Shown: positions 43,501 to 52,703 of the stretch, one piece after another | How the letters are laid out: each line of letters opens with the position of its first letter | How positions within the stretch are numbered: the first letter of the stretch is position 1 | Assembly (NCBI GenBank): GCA_963702845.1 | Contig: OY969763.1 | Span: forward strand, 2,432,001 to 2,496,000 | Length of the DNA: 64,000 nucleotides | Origin: an uncultured Verrucomicrobiae bacterium | GTDB lineage: Bacteria; Verrucomicrobiota; Verrucomicrobiia; Limisphaerales; Palsa-1400 | Direction: 5' to 3' | Made by a program: the position numbers and the translations under genes | Notes under the pieces: generated by a model | What the model was told of the DNA's origin: nothing | Seen by the model: only the letters and a program-made list of their open reading frames with translations | The model's database searches: none

Positions 43501-46147
43501 CCAATCCGAAATAATATGTTCCTCCGGCATTACCCGCTCCCCAGAAGTCGTTCGTGCCATCAAACGCTGCTGCCCGGAAATAGGTCGCGTTGTATGCGTT
43601 GGTGTCCGCAATCGCCAAAGTGAAATTGCCGTAAGTGTCAACCAAACCAATCCCGCGCGGTACCGCGGCAGATGTGGACGATTGAAGCGCGCCGGAATAT
43701 GGGGCGGCGGTGTTGTATCCAGGAAGAACGATGTAACGACTGTTCGCCGATCGCGATAGCGCACTGCCCGTCAACGTGCTCGAATTCTGATCGAGACCCA
43801 TTTCAATCAACGCGGATGAACCGCTGCTTGGAATGGAAACGGTGTTCACGTAGTTACCAGTTGGATCATACTGATCCAGGAATACAGAATTACCGTTCAA
43901 AGTTTGCGTCTCCGCCCCATCACCCGCGCGCAGAACGATCAAGTTGGTGGTATATAGTCGAACCGACGGTACCGCGCTCAGCACTGCCGCGGAACTTGTC
44001 ACCGAATTAATTGAATTTGTGACCACAACCGAATAGCTGCCGTTGTCCGAGGCCTGCGCGCTCGCAATCGTGTACACAAATGTCGTCGCGCCGGAAATTG
44101 GTGAGCCGTTCAGTAGCCACTGATAAGACAACGGAGCAGCTCCTGTTGCAGAAACTGCGAAGGCCGCTTTGTGGCCGGCAACTATTGTGCGCGAACTCGG
44201 CTGCGATGTGATCGAAGGCGGACTGAGCACCGTCAGAATAGCGTTACTGCTCAAAACGTTTGTTCCAGAAGCGTCGCCGACCAGAACTGTATAACTTGTC
44301 GCATCCGTCGAAGAAACTCCGGTCAAGGTCAGGGCACTCGTCAACGCCCCAACGACATTGCCGCCATCAGTCAGATTTGAACCGTTCTTCTTCCATTGGT
44401 ACGTAATCGGCGCTGCTCCGGTTACTGTGACGCTGAACGTTGCCGTGCCAGCGGAAGCGACCGTCGCCGATGCCGGTTGTCCCGTGATGATCGGCTCGAT
44501 TGCGGTCAAAGTCGCCGCGCTGCTATCGATTGATCCGCCAGGACTGGTCACCGTTACGGTGTAACTCCCATCATCAGTGTATGACATCGAGCTAACTGTC
44601 AGTGTTGCACTTTGCGCGCCAGAAATATTGCTTCCGTTCGAAAGGTTATTCACACCGTGATGCCATTGATACGTAATCGGTGAACTGCCGATCACCGAAA
44701 CTGAGAAGGTCGCGGTTGTTCCATAATTTCCGGTAACGCTCTGGGGCTGTGCAGTGATTGCCGGATCGGTCGCGCTTAAAGTCGCTGTCGAGGTCTGCGC
44801 TGTTCCACCCAATCCATTCGTCACATAGCACGAGTAAGACCCGACGTCAGAACCTGACGTACCGGTGATGGTCAGCGTCGATGAAGCCGCGCCGGAGATA
44901 TTGCCACCGTTAACAAGAGCACTCGCTCCTTTGAACCACTGATACGACAACGACGCAGCCCCGAGTGCTGTCACGGAGAAATTGACGTCCGTTCCAGGCG
45001 AGACCGTCTGACTGACGGGCTGTGTCGTAATGTAAGGATCCGTCACGTTCAAAACGGATGATGAACTCGTCGCCGTGCCAAGGCCGTTTGTAATAAGCAA
45101 CGTGTAGGTGCCTGCGCTCGCTTGCGATGCGCTGGAAACGGACAAAATCGCAGTAGTCGCGCCGGAAACAGTTCCGCCGTCCGTAACGTTCACACCGTTG
45201 CGTTGCCACTGATAAGTGGTTGGCGATGCGCCGGTGACAGTTGCTTTAATCGTCACGGCATCCCCTGCATTCTTCGATTGGGTTGTCGCCGGTTGCGCTT
45301 GAATTTCCGGCGCGCCAGTAACGACCGCCCAGTTCGTCGAGACACGCACATCATCCACCACACACGCTGGAGGCGCCGCATTTGTGTAACCACCAAGAAC
45401 AAAACCGGCAATTGCGCTGGCCAATTCAGTACCGGTTGTATCACTAACCGTAGCTGCGGGCGGAGTCGCCGCCCCGAGATTTGTTCCAGTAGGATTAATC
45501 CATAAATTGGCGGGATGCCCGCTCGTCACGAAATCGTACCCGGCAACGATGAACAATGTGTCACCAACATTGCGTACCGTTGTATCGTAAGTAACATTAG
45601 CGACCGCCGGCTTATTCTTGCCGATGCCTAACACATAGCCGCCACCCGATTGCTTCGCCACCAGGTAGGATTGCGCACGAATCAAAAACTGTTTGGTATT
45701 GCCGATCGTATCAGTGAACCCCGCAAGAAAGTTCGAGGACGTCGCGGACGTTAGCGTTGAAATATCTGTCACCTTCAACATGAACGAGTAGTAGCACTGG
45801 CCAGTCGATACCGTTGCAGGCAAAGTGATGCGTCCCATGTTACCCGGCTGTGGCGGAATATAAACCGCGTTGCCGCTGGAGGATCCGATTCCCGGATACG
45901 ATAAATTGTCGTTCGTGATTACAGGCACCCCGGCGTTGACAGGAAATGTATTACTGACACAGAACCACGCGAAACCCTGCGCATTGGTTTGCGTGGGGAT
46001 AGTAGTAGGTCCTCCCGCCAGGTAGGAGTTTGGTGTGTAGCTGGTTCCACCAGACGCAGTGGCATCCGCGAATGGATCGTAGAACGAAACGGCGGCACCG
46101 ACGTGCATGGCGAGAAGGAGTGAGGTGAGGGTTAGTAACTTTTTCAT
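40529..46147 (-). CDS. Secreted Ig-repeat protein B (1872 aa; shared N-domain, Ig repeats, propeller-like domain, DUF5011-like domain, more Ig domains)
   Basis: Signal MKKLLTLTSLLLAMHVGA; about 11 Ig repeats; DTAPPVVTLNG...DPGATASDSC...YTLTY...TRVVTV. Confidence 0.88.
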   Translation of the reverse strand: MKKLLTLTSLLLAMHVGAAVSFYDPFADATASGGTSYTPNSYLAGGPTTIPTQTNAQGFAWFCVSNTFPVNAGVPVITNDNLSYPGIGSSSGNAVYIPPQPGNMGRITLPATVSTGQCYYSFMLKVTDISTLTSATSSNFLAGFTDTIGNTKQFLIRAQSYLVAKQSGGGYVLGIGKNKPAVANVTYDTTVRNVGDTLFIVAGYDFVTSGHPANLWINPTGTNLGAATPPAATVSDTTGTELASAIAGFVLGGYTNAAPPACVVDDVRVSTNWAVVTGAPEIQAQPATTQSKNAGDAVTIKATVTGASPTTYQWQRNGVNVTDGGTVSGATTAILSVSSASQASAGTYTLLITNGLGTATSSSSVLNVTDPYITTQPVSQTVSPGTDVNFSVTALGAASLSYQWFKGASALVNGGNISGAASSTLTITGTSGSDVGSYSCYVTNGLGGTAQTSTATLSATDPAITAQPQSVTGNYGTTATFSVSVIGSSPITYQWHHGVNNLSNGSNISGAQSATLTVSSMSYTDDGSYTVTVTSPGGSIDSSAATLTAIEPIITGQPASATVASAGTATFSVTVTGAAPITYQWKKNGSNLTDGGNVVGALTSALTLTGVSSTDATSYTVLVGDASGTNVLSSNAILTVLSPPSITSQPSSRTIVAGHKAAFAVSATGAAPLSYQWLLNGSPISGATTFVYTIASAQASDNGSYSVVVTNSINSVTSSAAVLSAVPSVRLYTTNLIVLRAGDGAETQTLNGNSVFLDQYDPTGNYVNTVSIPSSGSSALIEMGLDQNSSTLTGSALSRSANSRYIVLPGYNTAAPYSGALQSSTSAAVPRGIGLVDTYGNFTLAIADTNAYNATYFRAAAFDGTNDFWGAGNAGGTYYFGLDAAAATIQTSFANLRSVDIFNGNLYTVSGSGSGTGILKWNGRPTTATAATTLFVPASVPSDIAVDSTGTNIYVGTSAGVAKWQFDGSTWTLVYTLGTGSVRYVAVDFSGAAPVIFATTTDSSFNRIVTVTDTGVAAPVTTFTTAGVNQTFRGLRFGPTETPVAVTSSPTSQTGATGGSVTFTGSAAGDTPLTYQWFKDSVALADGTTGSGSIVSGAFNATLSIANLSAADQGSYSFTVTNMHSSATSSSASLTVINPVSISSGPTSQTANFGDNVVLSVSAVGGGTLSYQWQKGGVNLSNTGNITGSTTSSLTVSSVASTDAQTYSVVVSNGASSNSASATLTVNDPAITVQPTPATVQCGGNAIFNVSASGTPSVTYQWYENGNPLSDGVSVSGSTSTSLTLVGVTTAGSGNSYSVAVAGLQTVTSTAAALTVVDTAPPVVTLNGSATMNVDCNSSFSDPGATASDSCAGSLSVSTTGTVNGNVAGTYTLTYSAIDPSNNTGSATRVVTVTGCGPSIDTQPQSHNINAGTDLTLSVVAGGSSPTYQWYKGTSAIAAATDATFVKTNAVRADADSYYVTVTANSVTATSAVAVITVTDPAINMQPANAIGSTGSNVVLTIGAGGTALKYQWFQHIGSATKTLKDSGAAGILGATTSTLTLSKLTAGKNAGNYYCVVTNAPNGHLTSDSVTVTLYDPPKLVIVSKHGPHVKQGFDNTLTAKISKGLAPFTYQWFQNGNAISGATDSTYFIGNVQPGYEGLYSCDVHNNAPNKGTASLLISLLLDTKAPPMIMIKDPKDKTKATNGLVVATQTNVAPEVDIRGKALDNGLLVSVTLIRTNPSTALLTVPATFVMSDLFTPTNPVAGKISLWATHVQLADGTNTFYAAAVDSASNTNYSKAVNYYYIANPDTFHVVVEKQGGGTARGSAVGVLSNLGKPVNGTLLDVGQPYVIKAAPTTTFLKWTDGTQDLSTSSVLTFIMTNGLTLHAVFSR

Positions 46148-46275
46148 AACGGAGTGCTTTTTGGCTCGTGACTCTATCGGATGAACACAGCCGCTGGCGA
46201 AGAACCTGGCACAAACCTTTGTGCATCGAAAAACGTCATGGGCAGGATTTCTTTCGTTTGGATCACGGGCTAGTT

Positions 46276-46310
46276 ACGCAATCGTTTGCGCAATCACCTG
46301 ATTTTGTCAA
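46276..46310 (-). promoter_or_regulatory. -35 box plus LacI-type operator 5 (protein B)
   Basis: Minus strand TTGACAAAATCAGGTGATT-GCGCAAACGATTGCGT. Confidence 0.82.
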
Positions 46311-46449
46311 CCGCAAAATGCATTATGGATAAATTTTTATGCCCTCGCGACCCCAATCGGTTTCTAACGCCACGGCGAGGGTCTGTTACGGGCAATGTAA
46401 CGATGTAACGGGCGTAGACCCCGGTTAGGGTGCCCAGCTCAGCAGAACG

Positions 46450-49400
46450 TTAATAATTCGCCGTATTAACCCAATTCGACGAACTCGAGTTAGTGCCTTT
46501 CCGCACGATTACGGCGCTGCCCGGCGTGAAAACCTGATCCGATCCCACATTGCTCGACCCGAGGCCTACCCGCCGCCATGCCCCGCTCCAATAATAGTAG
46601 ACCGCAGCCGAGGACTTGTTCCTCTGCGCAACAGTGTTATCAAAAGTGAGCAATTCATCAGTATGAGCCCCTGGCAACGGACTCGCCACAAATGCTCCGC
46701 TACTGAACAACCCCGATCCATCGAGCGAAACCGCCGCAGGCCGCGCCAGGCCAATAAAATTATCCTGTTGGAAGGTCAGCGAACTTGTAAATGGAATCGC
46801 CAGCTTCGACGTCGCCACGATTCCAAATGCCGTCAACGTCGTGTTCGTCACCACATTGTGCCGCACTATAAACTGCGTGTTCGGCAACAACACATCATCG
46901 CCGTGATCCGCCCCCCCCTGCCCGACTTGTTTCCACAACCCACTGTTGAAGAAGTAAATCTTAGCCGCACTCAAATTAATGCCGCTCGCGTTAAAATCCG
47001 GAATTAACACTTCCGTATGTCGATCACCACTTGTCGGCGAAACATTCACTCCACTGCCATTTGGAAACACCGTTTTAAATGTCCAATACGGCTCGATCGA
47101 TAGTGCGTCGAACGCTGTCACCGACATCAGCGTGTCATTCCCGAGGTTCACGGCGATTGTATTATTTCCATTCGTCGTAATCGGATAAAAACGCCCCTCT
47201 TTCGCACCCGAAATAATCCGCACATAGTAATTGTTCGACTGAGCGCCTGCTGAATAAACAAACTGGTTCAAACCCCAGCCCGGCGAACCACTCACCGTGA
47301 TAATATTGCTCGAAACCGACAACACCGTCGCCAATGCCGCTGCTGGTCGCAGAAATGGTAATGACACGAAACTATCCGAATTGCCCAGTAACGCGACCCT
47401 CACGAATCCGGCAACGTCACTTCCCGCCCCCGCCGACACACGATAAAACCCCTGCCCATTCGTGGTCGCGCTGTTGGAAACAACAATTGTCGCCCCGCCC
47501 GAATTGTAATTGCTTATCGCCGTCCACTGCGCGTCCAACAAATTCGTTTTCGATTGCAGACTGTAAACACCACTCGGATCTACGCTCCAATTCATCGACA
47601 TACTGCCATCCGCACTCGCGCTGAGGGCCGCTATATGTGAAGTGGAAGTAAAAATTGTTTGGTCACGGAAAAATGCGGAATCAGGAATGGTCTGCTTATT
47701 GATGCTCGGCCCACTCCACGCCAAAGTCAGCGTCGGCACTCCCACCGATCTCCGAGCGTAATACAAGCGAAACGGATGCAACCCAGCCTTCAGCGGAATC
47801 GTGCTACTCAGCTCACTGCCACCGGTGTAGCCATAATCCTCATCAATCAAAATGGCATCGTGAATCCGCAAGAAGGCTCCCGTGTCCGCAGCCATATAAA
47901 ACGTGTAAGCACCATCCGTTGGAATATTGAGATAACCCGTGAACAGCAAACCAACATCGTTATCTCTTGGCCGCACCGCGACTGTCGGACGATTCGTCGT
48001 CCCGCTCGTCACAGCGCTGAGCGTTGTTAACTCCGGCACCCACGGAAATGCTTCTGTGTAGGTGCTCCATTGAATGCCCGATGTGATTTGCGTTGCAACA
48101 GTCGCCGGTACAAGGGCGCTGTCAAATGGCCGCGGCGCGCTCGAGTCCGGCCGCCGCAACTGCAGCACCCGATCCTTCATCTGCTGTTGCAGCGTGGCAA
48201 ACGACGATTGCGTCGCCAGGTTAGTCGCCTGCTTTAAATCATGCGCGACATCGTAGATTTCAAAATCGTTTGTTTGCGAAGCAATGTTGTATCGCACGCC
48301 CTGAAAACCATTCAGCCGGATCACCTGCATCACGTTGCGATCGCGACCGCGATGCGCAGGCTCGAACTCTGAATAAGCGGGCGTGCTCGACCCCTCATCG
48401 TCATACTCCACGTAAATCGTGCTCGCTCGTTGCGCTCCAGTTCCGAGCAATGTCGGAACCAAGGAAACACCATCACTCCGCGCAGTTCCGACGAATCCAG
48501 CCAACTCAGAAAACGTCGGCATCCAATCCTGAAATTGTGATGGCGATTCGGTAATCGTGTTCGCCGCAATCGTTCCCGGCCAGCGAACAAATGTCGGCAT
48601 GCGAATTCCACCTTCCCACGTATCACGCTTCACTCCATCCATCGGACCGAACGTATCGAAGAAATTCGCGACATAACTCGGAGTCAGTGACAAATAATCT
48701 TCAGTCGTCGGCCCATTGTCGGATGTAAAAACGACAATCGTATTCGTATCAATTGCCAGATCCTGCAGCAGCTTCCTGATATCACCAACTGCATCATCGA
48801 TTCGGCGCACTCCCATCGCGTAACGCTGAAATACTTCGGGCCACGAGACCTCTGGAGTCGACGCGTTATTGTCATCGTCGTAGGTCGCCGACGCGTAATC
48901 GGGATTGACGTACCGAGTCGATCGTTCCGCTCGCGGTGTTGATCATGTGCCCCGCCGTTCCGATCCATTGCATGCCGCCGTTCGTGCCGCCACCAGACGG
49001 ATAAGCCTGCGTCGGCAATTCATACACTGCGTGCGGAGTATCATAAGCTAAATACAAAAAGAACGGCTGCGACGAATTCGTCGCGCGCTGGTCCTGAATC
49101 CATTTCTTCGCACGCGCCGTGAACAAATCCGTCGTGTAACACTTATCCAAAGTCGACATGACGTTGTTTGTCCCGTCATAGCACTCTTTACTCTTCGGGC
49201 TATAAATTGCCTCCTTCGGATAATGATCGTGACCATCCGCGTGCCGCTCGTATCCGAAGAAATAATCAAAACCGCGCTTCGTCGCAAATGCAGGCCAATC
49301 CGCGGGCGTCGTTCCACCGAGATCGTCACCACCTAATCCCCACTTCCCAATCGCCCCCGTCGCGTAACCAGCGCGTTTCAAAACACGCGGCACCGTATGA

Positions 49401-51073
49401 TTATCAGCAAGTGCCTTGTCCCATTGTTGATCATGAACATTCGCGTGCCCCTGATGAACGCCGAGCAAAAACGACGCTCGTGACGGCGCACACACCGGCG
49501 CCGGACAATAGTGCTGATGCAATTGCAAACTTTCCGCGGCAAAACTGTCGATGTTCGGCGTCAATTCCCGGGGTTGTCCCGGAGCCCGACTGTTCTGGTA
49601 AAGCACGCCGATATCGCCGAATCCTAAATCATCGCAAAGAATGAAAATAATATTCGGTCGCTTCGGAGTGATCGACGAATCGGACGCAAACAATTCCGCC
49701 GAACTGCTCACCGCCGTGTGCCCAATCCCATTCATTGCCCGCGCGGAATAGCTGCCAACGTCACTCGCTGCAATAGAACTAATCGTCAGTGCCGTCGTAT
49801 CAGCACCGGAAACATTTCCGCCGTTACTCAAATCGATTCCGTTCTTCAACCAACGATACGACAACGGCGCAATTCCAGTCGCGCCCACACGAAACGTGGC
49901 GATCCCCCCCAGCGCCGCCACCTGTGTGCTTGGTTGTGTTGTTATCGTCAAATCGTTAACGCTCAACGTCGCAACAAGTCCAGTGATCGAACCATATGAA
50001 TTGGACGCAACGAGCGAATAGCTGGCCGCATCTGATCCGGCGACATTTGACAACGTCAACGTCCCCGAAGTCGCGCCACTGACGGTGCCATTATTTGACA
50101 ATGTGCTCCCGTTTTTCAACCACTGATACGTCAATGGTGTTCCGCCAATTACGTAAGTCGGCAACGTAACCGTCGATCCACCTTCCAACACAATATTCGT
50201 GGGTTGCGTCTCAATATCCGGCGCACCCGTGATCACCGCCCACGTCAATCCCACCCGTACGTCATCTACAACACAACCTGGTGGCGCATTCGTAAAACAG
50301 CCCAGCATGAACGACTGAATTCCAGGTGCGTTCAGGTCCGTGCCCGTCGAGATGCTGATAGTTGCAGTCGGCGCAGAATTGGAGCCAAAAGCAGTTGCGG
50401 CAGGATTAATCCACAAACTCGCTGGATGGCCGCTCGTGTCATAGTCGTACCGTCCGATTACAAACAATACATCACCAACGTTTCGGACGGTCGTATCGTA
50501 TACGGAATTGGCGGTGGACGGTTTATTTTTGCCTATACCAAGCAAGTATCCGGCACCCGATTTTTTCGCGACGACATACGATTCCGCTCGAGCCAATGCC
50601 GCATTCTGACTCCCCACATTGTCACCAAACGCCGCGAACATATTTGGAGTCGAGCTCGTGCTCAGCGAGGAAACGTCGGTCACTTTCAACAAAAACGAAA
50701 AGTAGACCTGACCGCTTGTTATCTGGAACGGCAACGCCATTCGGCCCATCACACCAGTTAGAGGCGGAATAAAAACTGAATTTCCAGAGGACAGGGGCAA
50801 TCCGATATATGACAAGCTCCCATTGGTGATGGTTGGAATCCCGGGCGGCAAAGTTGGAAAAGTATTACTCACTCCGTACCACGCACCGCCCGATGCGTTC
50901 ATCAACGCCGGAAAACTTTTGTTCGTGTTCGCAAACGTCGCGCCGACAGGATACGTAGTTCCGCCATTCGCGGTAGCATCAGCAAAGGGTTCGTAAATGG
51001 ATAGCGCAGAGGTTCGGCTCGTGAGAACAAGCACTACGGAAAAGGCTAACAGTAATTGTTTAAAGCGTTTCAC
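46450..51073 (-). CDS. Secreted protein C: shared N-domain, 2 Ig, Cys-type sulfatase, PA14-like and TIGR02597-like domains; frameshift near 48912
   Basis: GTG at 51073 begins a signal peptide; RPNIIFILCDDLG, CAPSR, GKWGLG and PH in ORF 48872..51121. The shifted frame reads YVNPDYASATYD...RYAMGVRRID, FTSDNG, WEGGIR and runs into ORF 46450..48816. Confidence 0.82.
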
Positions 51074-51082
51074 GAGGAGCTC

Positions 51083-51117
51083 GCGCAAACGTTTGCGCAT
51101 TGCTGAATGATTATCAA
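51083..51117 (-). promoter_or_regulatory. -35 box plus LacI-type operator 6 (protein C)
   Basis: Minus strand TTGATAATCATTCAGCAAT-GCGCAAACGTTTGCGC (perfect 16-bp palindrome), 9 nt before the GTG start. Confidence 0.87.
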
Positions 51118-51264
51118 GCAAGAAGTAGGTGCAAGAGCAAGATTGGGGTTAATCTCAGGTTACCGCACGGTGATTTCGGCAACTAAAGATTGAATTGACT
51201 CAAGTCAGCATTCCCGCGCAGAAAAGGAATGGAGCAGTATCCGAGTAACTGTTGCATACCGTTG

Positions 51265-52638
51265 TTAAAACAGTTCCATTAGGCTATCGGAGAACATCGA
51301 CATACCGCGCGGATCGGGATGGTTGATGGAGTTCATAAACAACGTGGTATATGGAATGCCTTGACGCCAGAGACGGCCCCAACGTTTTGACGCGTCAGCA
51401 AGGCCTACGGGGTTTTCAGCCGCGAATTGGCGCAGTCCAGTAACATAGGGACGAGGATCGTTATCAATTTCACGAAGCCGCGTCAGTCCCATCCAATCCG
51501 GACGGACGTAGTGCGGCGTGATAATGATCCACTCAGCGCCAATCGATTGAAAATCAGCCAACAATTTACCGTAGACTTCCCGCACCTGCGCAGGCGATAA
51601 ACCAGCGTCGTTGACGAACTCGGAAACGATGAGGTCTGGTTTCACGCCGAGAACTTTTTCTTTATAGTTGTGGAGCGAGCCCGGAGGTTCGGCGAGATAG
51701 CTCCCGGTTGTTCGTCCGCCCCAAGCTTCGGAAATTAATTCAATGCGCGCTTTCGGAAATCGCGCGCGCAAACGTGACACAAACTGCGCTTGCCAACGTT
51801 CGGTTTCCGGATGCGGCAGATATCCTGCATCGGTCACGCTGTCACCCCATGCCAGGATGCGGATGGGTTCGCCGTGACGAAGTTTGCTTAGCGATTTTGG
51901 AATACGAAGTTCCGCTTGCGAAGGATTAGTTTTAGGCAGTTCAGGGTATTTCGTTTCGAGAATTGGAAATAAACAATCAGAGGTCAGTTTTGCGGTCCGA
52001 CCCGGGACCCAAATCGTTGCGAGAAGCTTGTCGCCTTTTTCAAGCGAAGGCAGCACGGCGGTGGTGTTGGTGGGCGCTCCCTCTCGAATCAATATCTTGC
52101 TCTTTCGCGTCTGCACCACAGCATCGAGGCGCGATTGATAGAAACGATAGGACGCGAACACAGGTTGACCGGCTTGAATCGATCCGTTAGGAAGTCTTCC
52201 GATGGCGGACCAATGTAAGTCAGCGCCATAATCCTTTCCCGTTTGTAACGCGAATGGCGTGCCATCGGTGTTTGTATAAACACGTAAACTATCTGCAATC
52301 AGCATCCCGTCGGATGATGTTTCGCAAGTTCGCACTTCGCGCAAGACCGTTCCTTCACCGGCCCAGACAGGGACGGCGGGTTGAAATAGAGGCAACGAGT
52401 CGTAGCGCTCAAACTGCACCTCGCGCTCGGTCGAGGGTGAAATGGTCAGATTAGCAGACAGTGTCTCCGCCGAACGTAGGAACCTGGGGCGATTTGCCGT
52501 GACCTGGACTTGCCAGTCGCCGCTTAGTTTCAACTCCACGGCACCTGACGTTTGAATACAAAACGGCAGCGCGAGGACAATCAGAGCTATGTTTGACCAG
52601 AATTCATTTCTGAACCGATGCGCAAAATTCATGTGCAT
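51265..52638 (-). CDS. SGNH/GDSL hydrolase with N-terminal extension
   Basis: AWGDSVT, AWGG, EFVND and INHP catalytic blocks; signal peptide. Confidence 0.85.
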   Translation of the reverse strand: MHMNFAHRFRNEFWSNIALIVLALPFCIQTSGAVELKLSGDWQVQVTANRPRFLRSAETLSANLTISPSTEREVQFERYDSLPLFQPAVPVWAGEGTVLREVRTCETSSDGMLIADSLRVYTNTDGTPFALQTGKDYGADLHWSAIGRLPNGSIQAGQPVFASYRFYQSRLDAVVQTRKSKILIREGAPTNTTAVLPSLEKGDKLLATIWVPGRTAKLTSDCLFPILETKYPELPKTNPSQAELRIPKSLSKLRHGEPIRILAWGDSVTDAGYLPHPETERWQAQFVSRLRARFPKARIELISEAWGGRTTGSYLAEPPGSLHNYKEKVLGVKPDLIVSEFVNDAGLSPAQVREVYGKLLADFQSIGAEWIIITPHYVRPDWMGLTRLREIDNDPRPYVTGLRQFAAENPVGLADASKRWGRLWRQGIPYTTLFMNSINHPDPRGMSMFSDSLMELF

Positions 52639-52703
52639 CAGTGAATACCGGAGCGCGGATTAAGTCCACTCCCAGTTCCATTTCGCGGCCTGCGCGAAGG
52701 CTC

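Noticed and set aside
46342..46424. Imperfect inverted repeats and TGTAACG duplication between proteins C and B
   Set aside because: Short and imperfect, with no U-tract or second copy; they cannot be assigned as a terminator or ncRNA.
51074..51121. N-terminal extension MLDNHSAMRKRLRELL of ORF 48872..51121
   Set aside because: It is the translation of the -35 box and operator; the signal peptide starts at GTG 51073.
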